Assembly: GCA_030141605.1 (NCBI GenBank)
Contig: JAQGDQ010001919.1
Location: forward strand, 1 to 21,137
Origin: Tubiluchus corallicola
Lineage: Eukaryota > Animalia > Priapulida
Length of the DNA stretch: 21,137 nucleotides
Direction of reading: 5' to 3'
In this document: positions 1-11,082 of the stretch, piece after piece
Position numbering within the stretch: position 1 is the first letter of the stretch
How the letters are laid out: every line of letters begins with the position of its first letter
Position numbers and translations under genes: made by a program
Notes under the pieces: generated by a model
What the model was told of the DNA's origin: nothing
The model's database searches: none
What the model saw: the letters and a program-made list of their open reading frames with translations, nothing else

Positions 1-169
1 GATGCGTTCCAGAGGCAAAAATCAATACTGCTTGAATCATATACGTTAAACGGTCTATGAGTTTTTTCATATTTCTACTGATTAATTCCTTTCTACTTGC
101 TTGAAACCATCTATATGTCTTACTAACCTAGCTGTCACTTTCTCTTTCATTAACATTTAAGCGTAGGAT

Positions 170-350
170 TTAGATTTAGATTTTTAGATTTAATATTTTC
201 TTTCAAACTTCACAAAGTTCATATACACATCACAAATTAATACAAATAATACATTAAATCATGACACACAACAATAACACAAATAACGATATAACGATGT
301 AGGCAGCAGTTAAACAATAAACACCATAACACTGGCTTCACTGGGTGACC
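170..350 (-). mobile_element. Possible LINE 3'-end remnant
   Basis: (TTTAGA)n microsatellite at about 168-193 followed by CA-rich sequence like the other antisense LINE tails. No coding remnant was seen. Confidence 0.3.
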
Positions 351-496
351 TTGGGAATTTTAGCTAGCCTGGTTACGATGTGAACAGATTGCAGGCAGAA
401 TTCTTTGCACAGAGTTTCTCCCAGGTCTCGTTTGATACAAATGCCAAACGGCTAGTTAGTAGTTAGTCGAGAAGCAAAAACGTGCTTGTATAATAA

Positions 497-1355
497 TTAC
501 ATTGTTTACGTTACTAGTCGCGTCACATTGTTTACGTTACTAGTTATGTTAGATTGTTTACATTACTAGTTGCGTTACATTGTTTACGTTACTACTCACG
601 TTACATTGTTTACGTTACTAGTTACGTTAGATTGTTTACGTTACTACTCACGGTACATTGTTTACGTTACTACTCACGTTACGTTGTTTACGTTACTACT
701 CACGTTACGTTGTTTACGTTACTAGTCACGTTACGTTGTTTACGTTACTAGTCACGTTACGTTGTTTACGTTACTAGTCACGTTACGTTGTCTACGTTAC
801 TAGTCACGTTACGTTGTCTACGTTACTAGTCACGTTACATTGTTTACGTTACTAGTCACGTTACATTGTTTACGTTACTAGTCACGTTACATTGTTTACG
901 TTACTAGTCACGTTACATTGTTTACGTTACTAGTCACGTTACATTGTTTACGTTACTAGTCATGTTACATTGTTTAGTTTATTAGTCACGTTACATTGTT
1001 TACGTCACTAGTCACGTTACATTGTTTACGTTACTAGTCACGTTACATTGTTTACGTTACTAGTCACGTTACATTGTTTACATTACATTGTTTACGTTAC
1101 TAGTCACGTTACATTGTTTACGTTACTAGTCACGTTACATTGTTTAGTTTATTAGTCACGTTACATTGTTTACGTTACTAGTCACGTTACATTGTTTACG
1201 GCACTAGTCACGTTACATTGTTTACGTTATTAGTCATGTTACATTGTTTACATTACAAGTCACGTTACATTGTTTAGTTTATTAGTCACGTTACATTGTT
1301 TACGTCACTAGTCACGTTACATTGTTTACGTCACTAGTCACGTTACATTGTTTAC
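497..1355. repeat. 26-bp minisatellite, ~33 copies
   Basis: Unit GTTACATTGTTTACGTTACTAGTCAC; ends about 85 bp before the coding exon 1 acceptor. Confidence 0.95.
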
Positions 1356-1450
1356 AGTGCATCGTTAAATGAAAAAAAGGTGTCAAATAATCAGTGTCAT
1401 TGTCGTTAAACGGGGAGCTGTTAATTAATTTTTTTCTTTAGAAAACCATC

Positions 1451-1599
1451 ATGACTATTGAGACGGATTTAGAAAACAACTACGAGTATACTCACGTTGC
1501 CCAGGTGGTCAACGTAGCGCCATCTGTAACGCTCGATCAGCTACAGACCTTATTTGGACATTTGGGTAAAGTAGAAGAGATCAAGATGTATCCAACTGA
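1451..1599 (+). CDS. SREK1: SREK1/SRSF11-family splicing factor, coding exon 1 (start of RRM1)
   Basis: ATG at 1451 follows a pyrimidine-tract acceptor (ttttttctttAG ending 1441, implying an upstream non-coding exon). Translates MTIETDLENNYEYTHVAQVVNVAPSVTLDQLQTLFGHLGKVEEIKMYPT, resembling SREK1/SRSF11 'IQVTN...EQMRTLF.FLG.IEELRLYP'. Donor GA|GTAAGT at 1600, phase 2. Not in the ORF track. Confidence 0.9.
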
Positions 1600-2065
1600 G
1601 TAAGTGTCTTGTAAAGTCTTATTAAAGTGGCATGAGATCCTGACGCGCACTCGACTCTTGTCATCCAACTGCTGTTGAATGAAGAAAATTTGTGCAGTTG
1701 AGTTATAAGTTATAAGTTTATTAATTTCCACTCTGCATCTTACAGTTATAATAAAAATACAGATAAGTTCACTGAAGTAAATATAAATATAAATGCAATA
1801 TTATCCAGAAATTACAAAAGAGATTCTTATGCAGCATATACATGTGCAAATTACATTCCAGAATAATTTTCATGCATACAGTTTGAGCCTAAAAGCATAG
1901 CCTGACAGGCCAAACTGTACGTGGAAATCTTAAAAAAGTAAATAATGATAATATATACATAGAAGTGGGGGTAGTGAATGAAAGATGAAATGGAGCGAGA
2001 ACTAATAAAAACTGTGATCATGATTATAAAGTTGCTCCTAATATAACTCTTCGGCTGGAGTTGTA

Positions 2066-2490
2066 CACTCACATCTCGGTTTGCCGGACCTCGCTTCTAC
2101 GGATGTCGGAAAAATCGGACAAAATCTGGACTGCTAAGAGTCTCGCATACTACGGACACAGTCCGTTGCTTCGCGAGCTGACCGCTAGTTGGCGGGCCGT
2201 CACTTTGTTTACATCCAAGCAGCGTGTAACGACACGTGTGCAGCTTGTTTGTCAGCGAGTTTAAGTAGTTTAATCCGCTTTTGTAAGCGTTATTTGAGTC
2301 ATTTGTCAACAGTATTTATATACTTTTGAATAGGAACAGCCCATACTTTTTGAGACAATTAGGCAATTGATTCTACATTGCCGTGAGTCTAACACTGTAC
2401 TGTATTGGCTTAGTATCGGTAAATACAGACATTCGGTATATTCGCACGGGCATCTCCCTGCTTTTTGTTCGGCAAACCGAGATATGAGTG
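2066..2490. mobile_element. TA-flanked MITE (Tc1/mariner-type target site), 425 bp
   Basis: 24-bp TIRs CACTCACATCTCGGTTTGCCGGAC / GTTCGGCAAACCGAGATATGAGTG (2 mismatches), with TA at 2064-2065 and 2491-2492. No coding capacity. Confidence 0.82.
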
Positions 2491-2905
2491 TAACTGTTAG
2501 AGTGTTTAAACGTATTAAGAATTTCCGTTCTTTTGAAAGCAGTTATTGTGTAACCTACTTTCTACTGAACTCACTATAAGAAAAAAATATCTAATCTTTT
2601 CCACCAACTAAGTTCTGTCTGCTTATGTATGGTATTAATGCGCTTGTATTAAAACACAATGGTGCTGTGAGCTTTTGCGAAATTTAGTAAGAAATACATA
2701 CGTTCGTATTCAAGACTCTACAGGGTAATTTTTTGTACTAGAAGATATAACATCTATGTATTATAGTATAGCATAGTATAACGTGTGGGTCACGTACCAG
2801 TAAGCGGTTGCCATAGTATGTGAAAGTTCCAATCATTTTCACAACAGACCATACTAAGATATGATTGTGAATGTGGCAATGTTTAGGTTACAGCTCTTGC
2901 TTTAA

Positions 2906-4204
2906 CTTTTTCAATACCATAACCATTTGCTGCATTTTGCATGGATTCATGAAGAACTGCTCTCACTAATCAGCAATTACATTTTATTTGATAATTAATC
3001 ATAAGTCATTTATTTCACATTACACATTTACAATAGTTTCATGTACAATATCTAGTGAAAGGGCCTACAATGAACATAATACAAATAGGAAATACTGCAC
3101 AGGAAAAGCCTCAAACACTGTTCACCTATACATGAAGGTAAATGTGTTGCGGGTAATCAAAAAGCAGGGCTTGTTAGATTGTCCCATGCAGTGAAAGAAA
3201 AAAAAGTAATGGAGATAATCTGAAAATTTAAAGTGAATCATGTGTATTGAAAAACAATAGTGCTTAAAATGGAATGATGTAATGAATGAAGCTCATATAT
3301 GGGATGATATAAAAGATAGAAAGACTATTATTTGTTGATAATATGCAAAATTAAGATAACTTGATTAAGCTAACACCACCGTTTTGCCGCCACTGCGAGG
3401 ACGGATAGTGATAGAAATTTTGATTACTCACTGATACTTACTTAAAATTTTATTTTTTAACATTTTTTTAAATCTAGTAATGGATCTGCGATTTTTTCCT
3501 GATTGACAAATCTCATTGCAGGCTTTTGGTCTTTGAAATATTATAAAATATATTATATACAAATATTATACAATTTTTATAGGTTTCTACTTCTCACACA
3601 ATGGATTTTCATGCTGAATTACATATGAAATGCAATTGCTTACCTTAGATAAATTAAAAATCGATTTTTGACTAAAAAATTGAAAAGGGTTTACAGCAAC
3701 TGCAGTGTTTGCACTGTAACAATGTACAGTATCACTTGTAATCAGCTAATGCAGAAAATGTCAACTATCCAGACACAACACTCTGATAAACTTTGGCCTC
3801 AAGTCTACTCTATTTTAAAGTAGAAATTCCTGTTAAGAGATGAAACAACCTTAATTTGTCCTTGTCTGATGAGCTGGTTTTTCCTGGAACTTTGTACAGT
3901 AGACAGTTCTCTTGTGCTGTAACAAGCAGGCGATCAATAATAGTGTGTACAATCACGCAAGTGTAAACCAGGCTAAGCTACTCAATAGGCTAAGTTGGAG
4001 TGACTGAAAAGGGTGTTTTTCTTAATTTTATCCAATTAAATCACTTATAAATGTTTAAACAAACAGCATGTTTGGATAGCCGAGATTCTCTTGAATAGAA
4101 CAGTACATAATTTGTAATCATTTAGTTATGTCTGTGCTCATACAGTAGCAGAAAAGTCACAAGTCTTATAAGACTTATTTTCAATGGTGCGGGTCCTGAA
4201 AGAG
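2906..4204 (-). mobile_element. TTAA-flanked non-autonomous DNA transposon (piggyBac-type MITE, ~0.72 kb), complete copy interrupted by a LINE fragment
   Basis: TTAA at 2902-2905 and 4205-4208 with degenerate TIRs (CTTTTTCAATACC / CTCTTTCAGGACC). Its reverse complement aligns by eye with 11361-11851 and 15808-16341. Confidence 0.82.
2997..3571 (-). mobile_element. 5'-truncated LINE (CR1/L2-like) 3' end nested in the TTAA MITE
   Basis: Interrupts the MITE alignment, with AATT on both sides (2993-2996, 3572-3575). The minus strand reads IIFQRPKACNEICQSGKNRRSITRFKKMLKNK, resembling the 'G.k.WN.l....S...FK..LK' ORF2 C-terminus, then a 3' UTR ending AATAAATGACTTATGATT. Confidence 0.62.
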
Positions 4205-4295
4205 TTAATAGTATTTGTTTAAAAATTGTTCTGATACTTTTTGATACAATTACATGTAAAGTTACGGATGTGCAAGTACAGTAAGATAGTATATG

Positions 4296-5260
4296 TCAAT
4301 CAATCAATCAATTTATTTCATTCCAGCAATACATATACAACACATCAACGTACAATATTATTGAAACAAAAAGAAACAGTACAGGTAAAAAAACGTTGAT
4401 GAAGTCAAATTAACCAAATAAAAGAGTTGCTGTATGACACCTTGAAAGCTTGGCTTGTTAAGGTGGCAAAAATGAGTGAATGAAAGAATGGTTACGGTTA
4501 GTAGACATGATGGAATGGAAAAAATAGTAAGATTAGGGATAGGAAGAAGGAAGGAAGGGGAGGATGAGTGAATGAAAGAATTGTTAGGGTTAGTAGACAT
4601 GATGGAATGTAAAAAATAGTAAGATTAGGGATAGGAAGAAGGAAGGGAGGGGAGGATGAGTGAATGAAAGAATGGTTAGGGTTAGTAGACATGATGGAAT
4701 GGAAAAAATAGTAAGATTAGGGATAGGAAGAAGGAAGGGAGGGGAGGATGAGTGAATGAAAGAATGATTAGGGTTAGTAGACATGATGGAATGGAAAAAA
4801 TAGTAATATTAGGGATAGGAAGAAGGAAGGGAAGGGGGATGAGTGAACGAAAGAATGGTTAGGGTTAGTAGACATGATGGAATGGAAAAAATAGTAATAT
4901 TAGGGATAGGAAGAAGGAAGGGAGGGAAGGATGAGTGAATGAAAGAGTGGTTAGGGTTAGTAGACATGATGGAATGTAAAAAATAGTAAGATTAGGGATA
5001 GGAAGAAGGAAAAGAGGAGAAGAAACGACCACAGTGTATGTTTAATTTACATAGAGCTATATTAAAATAGCATTATAATTGATTGGAGGCCATATATTGC
5101 GACTGCATTAGACATGGAACCATTAAACTTGTATTATAAGTATGAATCAAAAATGGTCCTTTTCAAATACTTTTTGAAACTATAAATAGTTTTGTGTATT
5201 TTTACTTGGGCACTTATTTTATTCCAGTTATTGGGGGCTGTGAATTTAATAAAGGCTAAT
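4296..5260 (-). mobile_element. 5'-truncated LINE (CR1/L2-like) 3' end with tandemly amplified 3' UTR
   Basis: The minus strand from about 5260 to 5134 reads LAFIKFTAPNNWNKISAQVKIHKTIYSFKKYLKRTIFDSYL* (WN...SFKK.LK ORF2 C-terminus). It ends AATAAA (4317-4312) followed by a (TTGA)4 microsatellite tail (4296-4311). Confidence 0.7.
4472..5011. repeat. 92-bp purine-rich tandem repeat, ~6 copies
   Basis: gtagacatga recurs at 4501, 4593, 4685, 4777 and onward. The unit contains GGTTAGGGTTAG and GGAAGAAGGAAGGGAGGGG. Confidence 0.95.
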
Positions 5261-5284
5261 GTTTACTTGTTTGTTTACTTTTAG

Positions 5285-5412
5285 TGATGGATCCGGAAAT
5301 CCTAAGATTGCTTTTGTAAAATTTGCGGAGAAGGAAACGGTCGGCATGGCTCAGCATTTGACCAACGTGGTGTTTATCGATCGAGCGCTGATCGTGCTGC
5401 CATTTTACGAGG
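5285..5412 (+). CDS. SREK1: SREK1/SRSF11-family splicing factor, coding exon 2 (RRM1 C-terminal half)
   Basis: Acceptor tttAG (5283-5284). Phase-2 join gives D-DGSGNPKIAFVKFAEKETVGMAQHLTNVVFIDRALIVLPFYE; 'AQHLTN.VFIDRALIV.P' is the family signature. Donor GT at 5413, phase 1. Confidence 0.93.
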
Positions 5413-5476
5413 GTATCGTATTAATATTTATTTATTTACTTATTTATTCATTCGTGAAATTTTGCTGCTGTATAAT

Positions 5477-5839
5477 TGTTGTGGAGATCGCTGACGTGAA
5501 GTAGAATTGCATAGAACATCGTAGAATGTTCCGTCGGAATGACCGCCTTACTGTCTGGATTGTCCTCGAACATTTGTTCCAGAAGTTTCTACAGCACTCT
5601 ATATAAGTCGAAGCAGGCTGCCGACACGTGATCGCACATCGCACACAGATCTAACACGGACTTGTACTTACGCATTTATACTTACTTAAACGTTTTCCAG
5701 ATTATCACGTTTAGTATAATCATTTCAACATTCCTTCATACTCCTGTGTTGTAGAATTCTCGCTTAATAAAGTAGTAATATTTAACGGCGTGTTTTCTGG
5801 TTTTCTCTACGAGCCTTCCGAGAGAAACAAAACACAACA
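5477..5839 (+). mobile_element. Solo LTR, 363 bp
   Basis: Termini TGTTGTG...CACAACA, perfect 5-bp target duplication ATAAT (5472-5476, 5840-5844), internal TATATAA (5600-5606) and AATAAA (5766-5771). Confidence 0.85.
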
Positions 5840-6911
5840 ATAATATGTACTCAAAGGTAACAATAATTAAGACATTCACACAGGTTATACAACATTATGC
5901 AGTAGAATACAACTTGGGTTGCCCAAAATTTTTTTCTGTCTAACCTCAAAAAAATTTTGTTTCCTCCCTCCCTGCTGTTGTCTTTTGAGCTCAGGAGGTA
6001 AGACAGAAACAAGTTTTTTTTAAGCTGGTCTTATCTTATTTGTGGGATGTCTCTTATTTTGCCAGAATCGTAGAATAATGTTTCAAGACTTTGATATTTA
6101 TGTAAACTTGTGTAAATTTGTGGGGGGGGGGGGGTAGATTGACGATATTAAAGAGAAATCAAAATGAAGAATGAAATTCCAAAATCTTAAACTAATCACC
6201 CTGGGGACAGCGCTAATTAGAAGTACTTAAAGAATTTTAAAGATTTTTGAATAAATTGATAAAATGATAAAAAAATTTACATGTATGCCTCAACTTTTCC
6301 ACCAAAGTAACAGGAATGACACATGAACACGGAGACACACATGAAATTAAGCAACACGAATATTTGCTAGTTCTGAAAGTATTTGGGAAGAGGATTTTCA
6401 CTTCTAGTGTGCTGTTTAGAATAAAATACTGCAAGTTAATTTTTAAATGGATACTTTCTGCCAAATCTAACATAATGGAAAAGTTGAAAATGGGCACTGG
6501 GGACACAGGAAAAACTTTCACAGGAACTGATTTCAGCCTCAGTAGAAATGTCCAAATCACTTTTCTGGCAACAAATACAACTGGAATAAATCTCTTTCTT
6601 TGGTGTCTACCAGTCATGAGACAGTATCGCACCAGAAACTTTGTTATTTAAAAAAATTATCCTGGGACAAAATTGTACGTTCTGTGTAGAATGACCCACA
6701 TAAGGAAAATGATGTTTAGAAATTTTAAGTTATTAACTATACGACTGAAGTAATTCGTTTGTATATTTTAATATTAGTGCTTTAATGAATGTAGAGAGTT
6801 TTGTACCTGTGCTTATAACTGTAGTAGTGGCGTGATTTGATCAAAAACTTATACTGATACCTCCGTCTGCTAAGATGGTCTTTCAACGTACGTCGCTTTT
6901 TTGTGTTGCAG

Positions 6912-7021
6912 ACAAAATACCAGAGGAAGTTGAAGCACTGAAGATCCTAGCGTCGTCACCTGGTTGTGGCGTGCCGAGCTTAAACCTGGCTTCAAAATGG
7001 CCGCCTAATGTTGTAAATCAG
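6912..7021 (+). CDS. SREK1: SREK1/SRSF11-family splicing factor, coding exon 3 (inter-RRM linker)
   Basis: Acceptor ttgcAG (6910-6911). Phase-1 join gives DKIPEEVEALKILASSPGCGVPSLNLASKWPPNVVNQ ('KIPEE..AL' as in SREK1). Donor CAG|GTACTG at 7022, phase 0. Confidence 0.87.
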
Positions 7022-7337
7022 GTACTGAGTTTTATACTTGTGTAAAATGATGTTGAAGTATTAATGATCTGTGTTTCTTTCTATGATGTAGCTCTCAACT
7101 AAAACTAGATTTTTCCTGCTGATTATCATACTTTTGCAGGGATGAGAATTTTCCATGGATACGCGAAATTCCGAGTTTTTGGAAGACCAGTGGGGCCATT
7201 TTTGTAAATCGTGTAAATTCGTTGAGAAAATTTTTAAGGACCCAGTACATTATTTCACCAAGTTGTCAATGCAGTTTTGTCATTATTAGTCATAACTTAG
7301 AAATGCTTTTTAATAGAAAAGTGACACTTGGCAAGCT

Positions 7338-7572
7338 GCAAGAGGGCCAAGTAAGCTAGTGCACCATCTTTGTTGATCTAGGGCTTGCTCAAATGACAGC
7401 CATTCAGGATGAGAAATCTATAAAAATTTTATTATTAACCGGTCCCCTCTTGCAAGAGGGCCCAGTAAGCAAGTGCAGCATCTTTGCTGATCTAGGGCTT
7501 GCTCAATTGATCTCTACCAGAGAAGACGACAGCCATTCAGGACGTGAAATCTATTATTAACCGGTCCCCTCT
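7338..7572. repeat. Two-copy tandem duplication (~115 bp) with self-complementary ends
   Basis: caagagggcc.agtaagc.agtgca.catctttg.tgatctagggcttgctcaa...attattaaccggtcccctctt occurs twice. Confidence 0.8.
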
Positions 7573-7585
7573 TTTACTTTTGCAG

Positions 7586-7741
7586 GTTCAAGGCGTCGGT
7601 CCCTCACAGATGATAATCACAATTGACCCCAAACTGTCAACTCTCAACTTACCGCCCTACCCACCCCTTCCAGCTGCGATAGACAGCAACAAACTTGAGG
7701 AAGTGAGAAGGACAGTATTCGTCGGTAATCTGAATCCAAAG
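7586..7741 (+). CDS. SREK1: SREK1/SRSF11-family splicing factor, coding exon 4 (linker and start of RRM2)
   Basis: Acceptor ttttgcAG (7584-7585). VQGVGPSQMIITIDPKLSTLNLPPYPPLPAAIDSNKLEEVRRTVFVGNLNPK matches the family 'P.PPL....D..K..EIRRTVYVGNL'. Donor AAG|GTAAAT, phase 0. Confidence 0.93.
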
Positions 7742-7892
7742 GTAAATGTAAATTGTTATAACATGTTGCAATCATTTTATTGTAAAACGTATACAATGTT
7801 CACCTCAATCACAAAATTGAACAAACAGTCATAAAGTTAGCAATATGATATTTAACAGTAGAAATTTTGCATCCTTTCTCAATGCTTCTCTA

Positions 7893-8208
7893 GATCAACT
7901 GAAACTTGCATGCCTGGGAGAATAAAGTTGTAATCACATGACCAGAAATTCAAGTTCCTATTGGAAGGTATACAATGTTCACAGAAGATGGTGGAATGCA
8001 GAATAACTGTATAACTTGTTTCGTTACCATAAAAATTCTCTCCACACACACAGTGGCATAAAAGCAACAAACAATTTATTGAGAAAACCTTGCACTCAAG
8101 AACATAACCTTTAACATTGCTGTCTTTTGATCAACTGAAACTTGCATGCCTGAGAGAATAAAGCTGTAATCACATGACCAGACATACAAGTTCCTATTGG
8201 AAGGTACA
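7893..8208. repeat. Dispersed direct duplication of ~80 bp (about 7893-7972 and 8129-8208)
   Basis: gatcaactgaaacttgcatgcctg.gagaataaag.tgtaatcacatgaccaga.at.caagttcctattggaaggta occurs twice. Confidence 0.8.
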
Positions 8209-8529
8209 TCACATTCATGCATACAGACCATAAATGGAAAGGTCACCTATACTCTACAGACTACTAGTTAAACCAAAATCAAAGTCTACTTGGCTTCTTT
8301 GATAGCAGAATAAAGATTATTTGTTTACAGAAAGCTGTGTTATAATGTTATAATTTTTCTCTATTTAAACTTGAATAAGAGAGTTAGAACCAGAATTAAA
8401 GCATGAAATTAACAACCTAATTACTCTGATTAATGAATATCTATAAAAGCAAAAGAAACAATATTTAGAAACAAAAATCAATCTCTGACAAACTTTGTAC
8501 AATTAGAGTAAAACAACGACTGTAGATGG

Positions 8530-8662
8530 CAGCATCGTGAGGTCAGTATCGTATCGTGAGGTTAGTATCGCGATATGTATCGTATCGTGATACGTGTCGT
8601 ATCGTGAGGTTAGTATCACGATATGTATCATATCATGACTTAGGTGTATCGTTACAGCCCTA
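8530..8662. mobile_element. hAT-type MITE terminus with subterminal (GTATC/ATCG) repeats
   Basis: Ends GTATCGTTACAGCCCTA (reverse complement TAGGGCTGTAACGATAC), preceded by clustered gtatcg/atcgtga repeats. No matching other end was found. Confidence 0.65.
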
Positions 8663-10330
8663 TGAACTATGAACTATGAATTTTATTTCACACATCAAAA
8701 ATACAATATCAAACGTATTAATAATCTTTAAATAAAATAATTTGAGTAGTGCGAGGTGAGTGTACGATCATACGGTCATTAACACACTCACCTTACTTGA
8801 ATGAAAAAATGATTATAATTATGCATGCTTCTGTAGATAACTTAATGTAAATAAGGATGAAGTAAATGATGTAATAATTTGAGTAGTGCGAGGTGAGTGT
8901 ACGACCATACGGTCATTAACACACTCACCTTACTTAAATGAAAAAATGATTATAGTTATGCATGCTTCTGTAGATAACTTAATGTAAATAAGGATGAAGT
9001 AAATGATGTAATAATTTGAGTAGTGCGAGGTGAGTGTACGACCATACGGTCATTAACACACTCACCTTACTTAAATGAAAAAATGATTATAGTTATGCAT
9101 GCTTCTGTAGATAACTTAATGTAAATAAGGATGAAGTAAATGATGTAATAATTTGAGTAGTGCGAGGTGAGTGTACGACCATACGGTCATTAACACACTC
9201 ACCTTACTTAAATGAAAAAATGATTATAGTTATGCATGCTTCTGTAGATAACTTAATGTAAATAAGGATGAAGTAAATGATGTAATAACTTGAGTAGTGC
9301 GAGGTGAGTGTACGACCATACGGTCATTAACACACTCACCTTACTTAAATGAAAAAATGATTATAGTTATGCATGCTGCTGTAGATAACTTAATGTAAAT
9401 AAGGATGAAGTAAATGATGTAATAACTTGAGTAGTGCGAGGTGAGTGTACGACCATACGGTCATTAACACACTCACCTTACTTAAATGAAAAAATGATTA
9501 AAATTATGCATGCTTCTGTAGATAACTTAATGTAAATAAGGATGAAGTAAATGATGTAATAACTTGAGTAGTGCGAGGTGAGTGTACGACCATACGGTCA
9601 TTAACACACTCACCTTACTTAGATGAAAAAATGATTATAGTTATGCATGCTTCTGTAGATAACTTAATGTAAATAAGGATGAAGTAAATGATGTAATAAT
9701 TTTAGTAGTGCAAGGTGAGTGTACGACCATACGGTCATTAACACACTCACCTTACTTAAATGAAAAAATGATTATAGTTATGCATGCTTCTGTAGATAAC
9801 TTAATGTAAATAAGGATGAAGTAAATGATGTAATAATTTGAGTAGTGCGAGGTGAGTGTACGACCATACGGTCATTAACACACTCACCTTACATAAATGA
9901 AAAAATGATTATAGTTATGCATGCTTCTGTAGATAACTTAATGTAAATAAGGATGAAGTAAATGATGTAATAATTTTAGTAGTGCGAGGTGAGTGTACGA
10001 CCATACGGTCATTAACACACTCACCTTACTTAAAGGAAAAAATGATTATAGTTATGCATGCTTCTGTAGATAACTTAATGTAAATAAGGATGAAGTAAAT
10101 GATGTAATAATAGCAATGGTATAACAGCAATAAACCTGAAAGTTGAGAAAGGAAAACATAATATGTAATTACGACTTTGAGTGAACCTTAAAGAGTGAAA
10201 AAGAATTTCAAATAGTTACGAATTTAAATTATCTAATTATCTGTCAATGTACCACTTACTTGTATTACAATGCACCATATTACTTATTTGTATATACAAT
10301 GATTTACATATACACATATATGTACCCAAA
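8663..10330 (-). mobile_element. Probable antisense LINE 3' end containing the 137-bp array
   Basis: (TATGAAC)n microsatellite tail at 8661-8680 next to a minus-strand AATAAA (8687-8682), with a stem-loop just upstream as in CR1/L2 3' UTRs. The right boundary is approximate and any coding remnant is badly decayed. Confidence 0.5.
8736..10110. repeat. 137-bp tandem repeat, 10 near-identical copies, each with a hairpin
   Basis: The unit recurs at 8744, 8881, 9018 ... 9977. Each has AGGTGAGTGT...ACACTCACCT enclosing GACC-ATAC-GGTC (GATC in the first copy). Confidence 0.96.
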
Positions 10331-11082
10331 TTTAAATGGGGGATTATTATTATTATAATTCTTTATTTAAAATTTAAAATTTGATGCATATACAAATATT
10401 TACATAATATACATTCAGTGACCGTCTATTTGCTGGGTATGGTTAAAAAACTTTGTAAATAAAATAGCTGTTATATTCGTAAGACTTTTAAATACCAATA
10501 AATCACGGATTTCGTATCTCGAAATAATATAAAAGAACAACTAAAATCAAATAGTCCAGTTTACACAAACGACCTGTATAATATAAAAGTGACAGATATA
10601 ACATAAAAATTCAATATTTTATACTAAAGTTTGTAAAAACAAATCACAAACTAACTCAGTGAAAGCATCTAGCAGGTTTTTGTCACGAGAGGTATAAATT
10701 TTACTAATGTTTTGAAATTGTAGGCTATTTGCGAGCACTAATCTTTAATTTTCGTCGACCAAAGTACAATTAAAAAGCAAATGTTCAACTGTTTGTGCTT
10801 CCTCTGAGCATATACAGGCATTTTCGTGTATGTATCCAATTTTAAAAAGAAAATCTTTAAAGTTACCTTGTCCTAGTAAAAAGTTACAAGATAGTTTTTC
10901 TAGCCTTCTGCTACCTGTGTGAAAAGGAAGGTCTAGTGGAGTTAAAAATACACTTTCAGGAAGAATAGATAATTCCTGGCATAAGTGGGGGAGAAGAGAT
11001 TAAATTTATATTTACAGCCCTACTTTATATGTATTGTAATTTTGCTTGTATGTTATAATCTGTAGTAAACTATTTTCCACAG

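Noticed and set aside
554-751. 65-aa ORF
   Set aside because: Translation of the 26-bp minisatellite.
4358-4784. Three similar minus-strand ORFs (MSTNPNHSF...)
   Set aside because: Products of the 92-bp tandem repeat.
4660-4960. Interstitial telomere
   Set aside because: Only one or two TTAGGG units per 92-bp monomer, not a telomeric tract.
6237-6697. Overlapping 131-aa and 111-aa ORFs and a possible TE end (TAGAATGACCC)
   Set aside because: No recognisable domain, and no matching second terminus or target duplication found; possibly a decayed DNA transposon but unsupported.
8736-10110. CRISPR-like or ribozyme array (regular hairpin repeats)
   Set aside because: The sequences between hairpins are identical rather than unique spacers, the context is eukaryotic with no cas genes, and I found no hammerhead core (CTGANGA...GAAA).
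11005-11022. Second hAT-like terminus TTTACAGCCCTA (also CAGGGATGAGAATTTTCC near 7137)
   Set aside because: Isolated ends with no partner TIR or 8-bp target duplication identified; not enough to delimit an element.
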